Part shown: in pieces, positions 33,970 through 42,554 of the stretch
Layout of the letters: every line of letters begins with the position of its first letter
How positions within the stretch are numbered: position 1 is the stretch's first letter
Assembly (NCBI GenBank): GCA_041649315.1
Contig: JBAZNJ010000001.1
Location: forward strand, 69,869-133,868
Direction of reading: 5' to 3'
Origin: Patescibacteria group bacterium
GTDB taxonomy: Bacteria; Patescibacteriota; Patescibacteriia; Patescibacteriales; UBA12465
Length of the DNA: 64,000 nt
Notes under the pieces: model-generated
Told to the model about the DNA's origin: nothing
What the model saw: only the letters and a program-made list of their open reading frames with translations
Databases searched by the model: none
Program-made: the position numbers and the translations under genes

Positions 33970-36063
33970 ATGGCTAAAAATGTACAAAAAGATTCAGCTA
34001 AAGACGCTAAAAAAAGTGGCGCTTACGGCGCCGAACAAATCACGGTTTTAGAAGGTTTGGACCCGGTCCGCAAACGGCCAGGCATGTATATCGGCTCAAC
34101 TTCCGCCGCCGGACTACATCATTTAATTTGGGAAGTTGTTGATAACTCAATTGACGAAGCCATGGCCGGACACGCCACGGAGATTTCGGTTTCTTTACTA
34201 CCGGGCGGCCTAGTTGAAGTAAAAGATAACGGCCGCGGTATTCCGGTAGAAAAACATAAAGTAACCGGCGTTTCGGCTTTGGAAACGGTCCTAACAAAAC
34301 TGCACGCCGGCGGAAAATTCGGCGGCGATAGCGGCTATAAAGTTTCCGGCGGCCTCCATGGCGTCGGCGTTTCCGTGGTCAACGCTTTGAGCGAGTATTT
34401 AAAAGCGGAAGTGCGGCGCGATGGAAAAATCTGGCAACAGGAATACAAAATCGGCAAACCGCAAAAAGCGGCTAAAGCGGTCGGAACCTGTAAAGACACG
34501 GGAACGACGATAACCTTTAAAGCTGATGCGACGATTTTTACCGAACTAGAATATAGCTGGGGAAAAATTTTAGATCGTCTGCGCCAACAGGCCTACCTAA
34601 CTAAAGGCATTACGATTAAAGTTTTTGATAAACGCCCGGATCATCGGGAAAAAAGATATAAGTTTCATTTTGAAGGCGGAATTAAATCTTATATTAAATC
34701 TTTACATCGCAATAAGAACGTTAAGAATGAAAGCGTTTTTTATGTTGATAAGGATGTGAGCGGCTGTAAAGTTGAGTTGGCTCTGCAATATAACGACGAA
34801 TATAATGAAACCTTATTAGCTTTTGCCAATAATATCCATAACCCTGAAGGCGGAACGCATGTCGTCGGCTTCCGGACCGCTTTAACCCGAACGCTAAATA
34901 ACTATGCCCGGGCAAAAAATCTAATTAAAGAAAAACAAGAAAACCTGACCGGCGAAGACGTGCGCGAAGGATTAACTGTAATCGTGAGTGTTAAATTGCC
35001 TGAACCGCAATTTGAGGGTCAAACCAAAGGCAAACTCGGCAATGCGGAAATGAAGGGCTATGTTGAAACAATCTTTGGCGAAACTTTTAATACTTTTTTA
35101 GAGGAGCACCCGAAAGAAGGGGAAGCGATTATCGGTAAATGCGTCCTATCGGCGCAAGCACGTTTGGCCGCGCGTTCGGCCCGAGCTACGATTCTACGCA
35201 AAGGCGCCTTGGAGGGCTTAACTTTACCGGGCAAATTAGCCGACTGCTCCAGCCGTCATCCGGAAGAATGCGAATTATATATTGTTGAGGGCGATAGTGC
35301 TGGCGGGTCGGCCAAACAAGGCCGGAATCGTAAATTCCAGGCGATCCTGCCTCTGCGCGGAAAAATTTTAAATGTTGAACGGGCGCGGCTTGATAAGATG
35401 CTCGCAAATAATGAGATTAAAAACCTGGTTATCGCGCTCGGTACAAATATTGACGATCAATTTGATCTAGAAAAATTAAGATACCACCGGATAATAATCA
35501 TGACCGATGCTGATGTTGACGGCTCCCATATCCGGACTCTTCTTTTAACCCTCTTCTTCCGCCATTTTAACCCTTTAGTAACTAACGGCAATCTTTATAT
35601 CGCCCAACCCCCTTTATATCAGTTAAAAAAAGGCGCGACGATCCGCTATGCTTATAGCGAGGAAGAAAAAGAAAAAATAATTGGCGAACTCGGCGGCAAT
35701 GTTGAGGAAGCGGCGGAAGTCGGCGAAGAAAATGATGCTGGTGAAACTTTAGCGATTGAGGAAATAAACGAAACAGTCGAAGGAGAAAAGGCCGGCAAAA
35801 AAGGCAAAGATAAAGAAGAGGCCACTGATCCGAAAAAATCAAATAAGATTACGATCCAGCGCTATAAAGGTTTAGGTGAAATGAACCCGGAACAGCTTTG
35901 GGAAACAACTATGGACCCGGAACGCCGAATCGTTAAGCAAGTAACAACCGAAGACGCGGCTAAGGCTGATATGGTCTTCGACATGCTAATGGGCGATAAT
36001 GTCGCGCCGCGCAAAAACTTCATCCAGACGCACGCTAAGAAAGTAGAGAATCTTGATGTTTAA
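33970..36063 (+). CDS. gyrB: DNA gyrase subunit B
   Basis: Motifs YGAEQITVLEGLDPVRKRPGMYIG, HHLIWEVVDNSIDEA, LYIVEGDSAGGSAKQGR, IMTDADVDGSHI and QRYKGLGEMNPEQLWETTM. Confidence 0.95.
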   Translation: MAKNVQKDSAKDAKKSGAYGAEQITVLEGLDPVRKRPGMYIGSTSAAGLHHLIWEVVDNSIDEAMAGHATEISVSLLPGGLVEVKDNGRGIPVEKHKVTGVSALETVLTKLHAGGKFGGDSGYKVSGGLHGVGVSVVNALSEYLKAEVRRDGKIWQQEYKIGKPQKAAKAVGTCKDTGTTITFKADATIFTELEYSWGKILDRLRQQAYLTKGITIKVFDKRPDHREKRYKFHFEGGIKSYIKSLHRNKNVKNESVFYVDKDVSGCKVELALQYNDEYNETLLAFANNIHNPEGGTHVVGFRTALTRTLNNYARAKNLIKEKQENLTGEDVREGLTVIVSVKLPEPQFEGQTKGKLGNAEMKGYVETIFGETFNTFLEEHPKEGEAIIGKCVLSAQARLAARSARATILRKGALEGLTLPGKLADCSSRHPEECELYIVEGDSAGGSAKQGRNRKFQAILPLRGKILNVERARLDKMLANNEIKNLVIALGTNIDDQFDLEKLRYHRIIIMTDADVDGSHIRTLLLTLFFRHFNPLVTNGNLYIAQPPLYQLKKGATIRYAYSEEEKEKIIGELGGNVEEAAEVGEENDAGETLAIEEINETVEGEKAGKKGKDKEEATDPKKSNKITIQRYKGLGEMNPEQLWETTMDPERRIVKQVTTEDAAKADMVFDMLMGDNVAPRKNFIQTHAKKVENLDV

Positions 36064-36082
36064 AAATTAGAAATTTAATTTT

Positions 36083-36514
36083 ATGTATATCTACCTCATC
36101 TGCCCGATTGTTGCCTTTATCTTGGCCCAAGGAACAAAAACCTTACTGAAATCTTTCCAGCGCAAAGTCGGTTGGCAAGATATTTTCGCTTATTCCGATA
36201 TGCCCTCCGGCCATACCGCGGTCGTTATCGCTTTAACGGTCATTCTTGGCTTAAAACTCGGCATCAGCTCTCCGATTTTCGCGGCCGCTTTTGTTTTCGC
36301 GACTATCGTTATTGTCGATGCTATCGGCTTTCGAAATTATCTCGGCCAGCATGGCAAAACCTTGAATATCTTAGTTAAAGATTTAAAAGAAGACGAATTC
36401 CTGGATCGGACTTATCCAAAACTTTTGGAACGAATCGGACATACGCCGGCGCAGGTTATTGTTGGGGGGCTCATCGGCGCGCTGACCAGTGTCTTAATAT
36501 TCTTTCTTTTCTAG
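36083..36514 (+). CDS. divergent PAP2 family membrane protein (YuiD/DUF212-like)
   Basis: MPSGHTAVVIAL and the overall 4-TM layout fit the acid phosphatase/vanadium-haloperoxidase-related family. Confidence 0.65.
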   Translation: MYIYLICPIVAFILAQGTKTLLKSFQRKVGWQDIFAYSDMPSGHTAVVIALTVILGLKLGISSPIFAAAFVFATIVIVDAIGFRNYLGQHGKTLNILVKDLKEDEFLDRTYPKLLERIGHTPAQVIVGGLIGALTSVLIFFLF

Positions 36515-36594
36515 CTCAGCAGAAATCTCAATCTCGGACCTTCTAATCATTAATAATCTTAAAATAAAAAATCCCGGCATAATATACTGGGATT

Positions 36595-36945
36595 TTATTT
36601 TGGTTTTTTTTGAATATAGGCATCCTCATTGAATAAATCGCCTATCCGCCCGGAACTAACATGAATAACTCCGATAAAAGATTCAATTTCATGTGGGCGT
36701 ATCCGGACAATCCGGCGCCCAATCTTAATCCCGATTACTCGAACACAAAGGTTTAAAAACCTTAATGCCGGGATTCCTAATTCATGGAACTTTTCTCTAT
36801 TCCATTTCTGCCCTTGAACGGCAGAAAAGATCTTTTCCACGCCCCGACGGCTTTCCCTTTCCTCCTGGCTTAATCCTAAGCCCAGAGCTTCATTTAAAGC
36901 GGTTAAAGTCTGACTTTCCCGCTTATTTAAGATTATTTTTTTCAT
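36595..36945 (-). CDS. hypothetical protein
   Basis: A 116-aa ORF with no recognised motif. Confidence 0.4.
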   Translation of the reverse strand: MKKIILNKRESQTLTALNEALGLGLSQEERESRRGVEKIFSAVQGQKWNREKFHELGIPALRFLNLCVRVIGIKIGRRIVRIRPHEIESFIGVIHVSSGRIGDLFNEDAYIQKKPK

Positions 36946-37063
36946 TATATATGATTTTTAAATTACTATTCTATTTCCGTTAATCCTAAATCTAAATAAT
37001 GATAATGTCAACCCCGACCGATAACCGCAATTTAAGGAAACTAGAGGAATGTTTTTTTTAAAA

Positions 37064-38002
37064 TTAAATGCTTTTCCTAAAGCGTTCCAATAAATTTTCA
37101 CCAGTCATTCCGGCTGTTTTTTCTAATCCTAAAATTCCTAAAATCGTCGGAACAATATCGGCTAAGGTTCCAGAAGGTGAAGATAAACTTAAATCGCCGC
37201 TGATCGTATCATTCGGATCAATCGCCCGGCCTTTAAACTTATTGCCGACAATGATAACCGGCACTGGGTTATCCGTCATCTCCCGATCCATTAATTCTGT
37301 ATCGGCAATACGTGTCTTTTCCGCGTTGCCGCACGCGGCGGAAATAAATAAAACCCCATCGCGAGATAGAACGGCCTCAACGATTTTCTCCAATTTATAA
37401 TCAAGCGCGGCGGCAGTTTTTCTGACAGCTTCAAAATCCGCATTGGCGGCCGCTAAATCAAGCGCCGGCAAAACCGCCATGATAAAATCAAAGGTCGGTT
37501 CTTGCTTAATGCTCTTTAATAATTCTTTAGTAATTCGGCGAGAAGGATTTTTAAAACGAAAACCATGCCAATTTATTTCCGAAGAAACGATCTGCCGCTC
37601 CTCGTTTTTCATCTGCTCTTCAACGCGTCCGTTAAAAAAATAAGTTAAGGCCGCGAATCTTTCCGTCTCAGTAATTTTTTTCTGCCTCAATCCGGCATCC
37701 GCTAAAATTCCACTTAAAGATGAAAGCGGTCCCCCGTTTTCCAAATCCATTTCTCGACCGGTTCCTAATTCTAAATAACGTGCATTCAAGCCTTTATCGC
37801 CGACGGCTAGTAGAGCGGACGGATATTCTTTAATTAAATTTAAAAAAATCGGGGTCTTGGCTGTTGAAATAGCATTGCCGGCGCCAGCCGGCGCAATTCC
37901 CCAGCCATCTAGAAGCAACAAAACCACGGGTCGCGACCGCGACCCGGAATCGGGGATATTTGAATCTGGTTCTGGCGGGACCAAAGAGTTATTCTCTTTC
38001 AT
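37064..38002 (-). CDS. iPGM-like metalloenzyme-superfamily paralog lacking the transferase domain and catalytic residues
   Basis: The ends align by eye with gpmI: LLLDGWGIAP with IIRDGWGYNP, and DNPVPVIIVG...LADIVPTILGILGLEKTAGMTGENLL with TNPVPIIIVS...LKDIAPTILEVIGLEAPREMSGKNLI. The protein is ~195 aa shorter than gpmI, and the nucleophile and metal ligands are substituted. Confidence 0.6.
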   Translation of the reverse strand: MKENNSLVPPEPDSNIPDSGSRSRPVVLLLLDGWGIAPAGAGNAISTAKTPIFLNLIKEYPSALLAVGDKGLNARYLELGTGREMDLENGGPLSSLSGILADAGLRQKKITETERFAALTYFFNGRVEEQMKNEERQIVSSEINWHGFRFKNPSRRITKELLKSIKQEPTFDFIMAVLPALDLAAANADFEAVRKTAAALDYKLEKIVEAVLSRDGVLFISAACGNAEKTRIADTELMDREMTDNPVPVIIVGNKFKGRAIDPNDTISGDLSLSSPSGTLADIVPTILGILGLEKTAGMTGENLLERFRKSI

Positions 38003-38117
38003 AAAAAATTAATAGATATTGAAAAAGTGAAATCTCTCGCTTAGAAAGAATGAAACCTCTCATTTCATCTGGATATTATCATTTTATCTTATTATTATTT
38101 CATCTAGATTCCAGGCG

Positions 38118-39371
38118 TTAAGCTTTGATAATATTTTCTATCTCCATTAAACGATTATATTTCGCCAAACGTTCGCCGCGCGATAAAGAGCCGGCCTTTA
38201 AATAATCCGCCCCGGACGCAACCGCTAAATCAGTAATAAAATCATCCGTTGTCTCGCCGCTACGATGAGAAACAATAATCTTATATCCGTGCTTCTGAGC
38301 TAATTTAAGGCAATCGACCGTCTCGCTTAAAGTTCCGACCTGATTCGGCTTGATGATTATCGCGTTTGCCGCCTTTTCTTTTAATCCCTGGCGCAAACGA
38401 TTAGAATTAGTAACATATAAATCATCGCCGACAATCAAAAGCTTGCCGCCTAAAGCGGCCGTAAGTTCCCGCCAGCCGGCCCAATCATCCTCGTCTAAAC
38501 CATCCTCCAAATACAGGAAAGGATATTTTCTAAGCCAGGCATCGTATAAGCCAATTAGGTTAGCCGAAGTAAAATTAACTTTATCCAGAGGAAAAACATA
38601 TTGGCGCGATTCTTTATCATAAAGAACCGAAGAGCCGACGTCAACACCGAGACGCAGATCTTCGCCGGGCTTATAGCCGGCGCGAACCGCGGCGGCTAAA
38701 ATAAATTCAATCGCCTCAATACTGGAATCTAAATCCGGCGCGTAACCGCCTTCCGCCCCGACATCAGTATCATAACCAGCTTCCTTTAAAACTTTTGCGA
38801 GTTCATGAAAAATCTCCGCTCCTTGGCGCACCATCGCGGCGGCCGAATCTGCTTTAGGCACGATTAAAAATTCCTGGAAATCAAGGTTTGTATCGGCGTG
38901 TTTGCCGCCGTTAAAAATGTTAAACAGTGGCGTGGGAATTTTCGGCGCGGAAAAAGAAAAAGCATCTTTTAGATAAGCGAATAATTCCTGACCTTGGCTA
39001 GCGGCCGCGGCGCGGGCTAACGCTAAAGAAACCGCTAAGATAGCATTGGCGCCAAGATTCTTCTTATTAGGCGTGCCGTCTAATTCAATCAATAATTTAT
39101 CTAAAGCCGCTTGATTATCAGCTTTTTGACCGATAAGCTGCGGAGCGATTATTTCATTAACCTTAGCCACGGCCTTCAGAACCCCTTGGCCTCCATAGCG
39201 CTTAAGGTCGCCATCGCGCAATTCCACGGCTTCATGCCGTCCGGTAGAGGCGCCGGACGGAACCGCCGCCTTTGCTTCAGTCCCGTCAGATAAAAAAACC
39301 TTAGCTTCAACCGTCGGATTGCCGCGCGAATCTAAAATTTCACGGGCGATGATATTTTTTATTTTAGCCAT
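38118..39371 (-). CDS. eno: enolase
   Basis: Motifs AREILDSRGNPTVE, SGASTG, IKPNQVGTLSET and SHRSGETTD. Confidence 0.95.
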   Translation of the reverse strand: MAKIKNIIAREILDSRGNPTVEAKVFLSDGTEAKAAVPSGASTGRHEAVELRDGDLKRYGGQGVLKAVAKVNEIIAPQLIGQKADNQAALDKLLIELDGTPNKKNLGANAILAVSLALARAAAASQGQELFAYLKDAFSFSAPKIPTPLFNIFNGGKHADTNLDFQEFLIVPKADSAAAMVRQGAEIFHELAKVLKEAGYDTDVGAEGGYAPDLDSSIEAIEFILAAAVRAGYKPGEDLRLGVDVGSSVLYDKESRQYVFPLDKVNFTSANLIGLYDAWLRKYPFLYLEDGLDEDDWAGWRELTAALGGKLLIVGDDLYVTNSNRLRQGLKEKAANAIIIKPNQVGTLSETVDCLKLAQKHGYKIIVSHRSGETTDDFITDLAVASGADYLKAGSLSRGERLAKYNRLMEIENIIKA

Positions 39372-39398
39372 AAATATAAATATTTAATTTTTTAATCA

Positions 39399-40577
39399 CT
39401 ACTTCACAATCTTATCCAAACCCGGCATCTTACCTCCGCCAAGATAAGTAAGCATCGCCCCGCCGGCCGTGGAAATCCAATCAACATATTCTGCCATTCC
39501 GGTTTTTTCCAAAGCGGCCACGGTCTCGCCGCCGCCAATAACGCCATAGGCGCGGCCGGAAGAACGCGCGGCGACTAAACGAGCGATAGCCAGAGTACCA
39601 TGGCTGAAACTTGATTCTTCAAATTTCCCCATCGGTCCGTTCCAAACCAAGGTCCGCGCTTTTTTCAAATAACCAGCATAGGCGCTAATCGTTTCCGGAC
39701 CAATGTCAAAAATTTGATCAGTCCTTAAAAGCGCTGATATCTTTTTTAAACGCGCCCGGCCCTTAGAATCCTTAACAATGACATCGCCCGGCAAAACTAT
39801 CTTGGAAGCCAAAACGCTCCGCGGAAAAAATTTCTTCACCGCCATCTCGCTAATTTTCCCCTTATCAATTAACGACCGGCCGACTTCTAACTTCTGAAAT
39901 TTAAAAAAATTATTAGCTAGAGCGCCGCCGAGTAATATCTTATCGGCCAACGGATAAAGTTTAGCTAAAAGCGGGGCTTTAGTTTCAATCTTCGCGCCGC
40001 CCATCACGACAACCAGCGGTTTTTTCGGCTTTAAGATCCGGCTAAGGGCGATAATCTCTTTTTCCAGCAATAAACCGGCGTAAGACGGCAAATATTTTTT
40101 AATCGCCGCCACCGAGGCTTGGGCGCGATGGGAAACCGCAAAAGCATCATTAACATAAACATCAGCCAAGGCCGCCAAAGATCGAGCAAAAGCCGAGTCA
40201 TTATTATATTCCCCTTGATAAAAACGTAAATTTTCTAACAACGCGATTTCTCCGTCTCTCATCTTTTTTAATGCTGCTGCGGTTCGCGGGCTTAAAGGAT
40301 CGGAAAAGAATCTTACCGGCTTCTTTAATAATTTTTTCAAACGGGCCGCAACCGGACGCACTGAATATCCTTCTTCTCGGCCTTTCGGCTTGCCTAAATG
40401 AGTTGCGATTATCAACCGCGCCCTATGTACGACTAAGAATTCTATTGTTTCTAAAACCGCCTTAATTTTATGATCTTCAATTATTTTCCCGTCTTGAAGC
40501 GGTACATTAAAGTCAACCCGTAAAAAAACCGTCCGGCCGCTCAAGCTTTTTATTTTACTCAAAGAATTAATCTTCAT
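39399..40577 (-). CDS. pgk: phosphoglycerate kinase
   Basis: Motifs VFLRVDFNVP, ATHLGKPKG, NDAFAVSHRAQAS, WNGPMGKFE and STAGGAMLTYLGG. Confidence 0.93.
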   Translation of the reverse strand: MKINSLSKIKSLSGRTVFLRVDFNVPLQDGKIIEDHKIKAVLETIEFLVVHRARLIIATHLGKPKGREEGYSVRPVAARLKKLLKKPVRFFSDPLSPRTAAALKKMRDGEIALLENLRFYQGEYNNDSAFARSLAALADVYVNDAFAVSHRAQASVAAIKKYLPSYAGLLLEKEIIALSRILKPKKPLVVVMGGAKIETKAPLLAKLYPLADKILLGGALANNFFKFQKLEVGRSLIDKGKISEMAVKKFFPRSVLASKIVLPGDVIVKDSKGRARLKKISALLRTDQIFDIGPETISAYAGYLKKARTLVWNGPMGKFEESSFSHGTLAIARLVAARSSGRAYGVIGGGETVAALEKTGMAEYVDWISTAGGAMLTYLGGGKMPGLDKIVK

Positions 40578-40646
40578 AATCTATTTTGAATTTAAACTGA
40601 TGATTTACGGATAAATCATCGTCTTATAAGCCAATAATCAAAAATT

Positions 40647-41783
40647 TTATTTTGCTGGCGCGCTTAATTTAACTTCCGCGGTTTTTTCCTCTCCGGCGCG
40701 CAGATAAGTTAAAATAATCTTATCGCCCGGACGATAGGCCGTTAGAATATCAACTAAATCATTAGCCACGTTTATTTCCTGATTGTTAACCCAGATAATC
40801 ACATCGCCGGCCTTAAGCCCGGCCGCCTCGGCCGGACTCCCCTTCAAGACCGCCGGCGCATCTGGCCCGGAATAAAGCCAGGCGCCTTTATCAATATTCA
40901 AAGAAGCGGTTTTTACCCGGCTTAAATCTAAATAATTAACGCCTAAAATCGGTCGGGATGGAGCATCCTCTTTAAAAACCTGCCAAAAAGGCGCATAAGA
41001 AAAAGCTGGAATTACCTCTTGGTCAGCAGTAACCAAAGCGGCTAAATCACCAGCCAGATTAAAGACCAGGGAACCCTTTAAATCGCTTTCCGGACCGGCT
41101 AAATCTAAACGGACGCTTAATGAATCGCTACTAGAAATCACCGGACTAGAAAAAGCCGTTAAAGCGGTCGGCTGGACCGAACTCAAATCCTTAATCGCCA
41201 ACAAGGTATCGCCAAGCGCTAATTCGGAACGGGCGGCAATCTTCCGAACCGGTAAATTCGTTGCCCCGGCTAAATGAAAAATCAATAAGTCGCCCGGCAA
41301 TTCCGGCGCCTCAGCTATTTCATCAATCTCATACAAGCGCCGATCGCCGCCGATGGCGACATAATCCGCCGCCAAAAAATTTTTCTTAGCTTCCGTCGTC
41401 GGAACGGCCATTACCCAACCGTCAGCCGTGATAACCAAACCAATAAATAAGGGATCATTTAAATCATAATAATCCGTTCCGGCCGCTCCGGCTTTTCCCT
41501 CAGGAAAAACCCCCATTAAAACCGGCCGTAAACCGGCTAAAGTTTCTACCACTTTCACGTCCTGGTTAACCACGACTTTCTTGGCATCCCGAATAACTAA
41601 ACCGGAATTGGACTCAGCTAAATCCGCTACGTTTATTTCATTATTGAAATAAGGGATAGAAAAATCCTTAAGGATGTAAACACGAGTTATTATTTCCCCT
41701 AAGACCCCGGCACTCAAACCGCACAGAACAGAAATCAAGACAATCGACCAAAAACGCTTGCTAGTTTTAAACTGATTGGACAT
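40647..41783 (-). CDS. membrane-anchored HtrA-like protein with C-terminal PDZ domain (catalytic triad not evident)
   Basis: An N-terminal TM helix. The PDZ region is GSPAEAAGLKAGDVIIWVNNQEINVANDLVDILTAYRPGDKIILTYLR. The trypsin-like region lacks a recognisable TNAHV or GNSGGP motif. Confidence 0.55.
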   Translation of the reverse strand: MSNQFKTSKRFWSIVLISVLCGLSAGVLGEIITRVYILKDFSIPYFNNEINVADLAESNSGLVIRDAKKVVVNQDVKVVETLAGLRPVLMGVFPEGKAGAAGTDYYDLNDPLFIGLVITADGWVMAVPTTEAKKNFLAADYVAIGGDRRLYEIDEIAEAPELPGDLLIFHLAGATNLPVRKIAARSELALGDTLLAIKDLSSVQPTALTAFSSPVISSSDSLSVRLDLAGPESDLKGSLVFNLAGDLAALVTADQEVIPAFSYAPFWQVFKEDAPSRPILGVNYLDLSRVKTASLNIDKGAWLYSGPDAPAVLKGSPAEAAGLKAGDVIIWVNNQEINVANDLVDILTAYRPGDKIILTYLRAGEEKTAEVKLSAPAK

Positions 41784-41795
41784 AAGATTTTTAAA

Positions 41796-42548
41796 CTAAA
41801 GCCAACGGGCTGTTAATAATAAGATAACCACGGCACCGGCGCTTAAAATTATCGGCAGTCGCAAGGCCCGACTATTTAAATTATTGCGCCAATATAAACG
41901 AACGGCCGCTAAGACTAAATAATAGAAGATTGCCAGAAGCAGAGCTAAAACATTAAAGTCAAGCGGTAAAAAAGATAAAACCCAAGCTAATTCCGTTAAA
42001 ATCAAGGTTCCGGTTATTATTAAGAGACCAGTTCCCTCCCAAGTAATCCGCCGCAAAAAAAGAAACTGGATAAATAACAAATAAACCAAGGCCATAAAAA
42101 TAAGCAACATCAGAGGCAAGGGCCAATTAATGAAAACCGGCAGATCAAACAACACGGCGGCAGCGGCAAAAACCGTTAAAAAGCCGCCGCTGGCGAACAA
42201 GGCGCCAAAACGGTTAGTCATCTCATCACTCGCTAAACGGCGATAATGATAAAGATCTTTAAAATAAGAAAAAGCAAACCAGGCAACCAATAAAAAAATA
42301 AATTGAATCCAAAAACGATTGATGATTATGGCGGAATAAAGAGAGAAACTTAAAAAAAATAAAAGGGGCGCGATCACGAAAGGCGGCCAGCCCCTATCCG
42401 GAGCGCTGATTAATTTAGCGCTTAAGATAATCAGCAAGGCGCCGAAAGATAGACAAACAAAAAATAAATCAGGACGCCATAAAAAGACCTGGCCTAAAAT
42501 CCATAAAGAAAGCGGCAAAGCTAAGATTAACCAACGACGATCGTTCAT
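41796..42548 (-). CDS. polytopic membrane protein, hypothetical
   Basis: A 250-aa ORF, hydrophobic throughout with about 7-8 helices. Confidence 0.5.
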   Translation of the reverse strand: MNDRRWLILALPLSLWILGQVFLWRPDLFFVCLSFGALLIILSAKLISAPDRGWPPFVIAPLLFFLSFSLYSAIIINRFWIQFIFLLVAWFAFSYFKDLYHYRRLASDEMTNRFGALFASGGFLTVFAAAAVLFDLPVFINWPLPLMLLIFMALVYLLFIQFLFLRRITWEGTGLLIITGTLILTELAWVLSFLPLDFNVLALLLAIFYYLVLAAVRLYWRNNLNSRALRLPIILSAGAVVILLLTARWL

Positions 42549-42554
42549 AAAATA

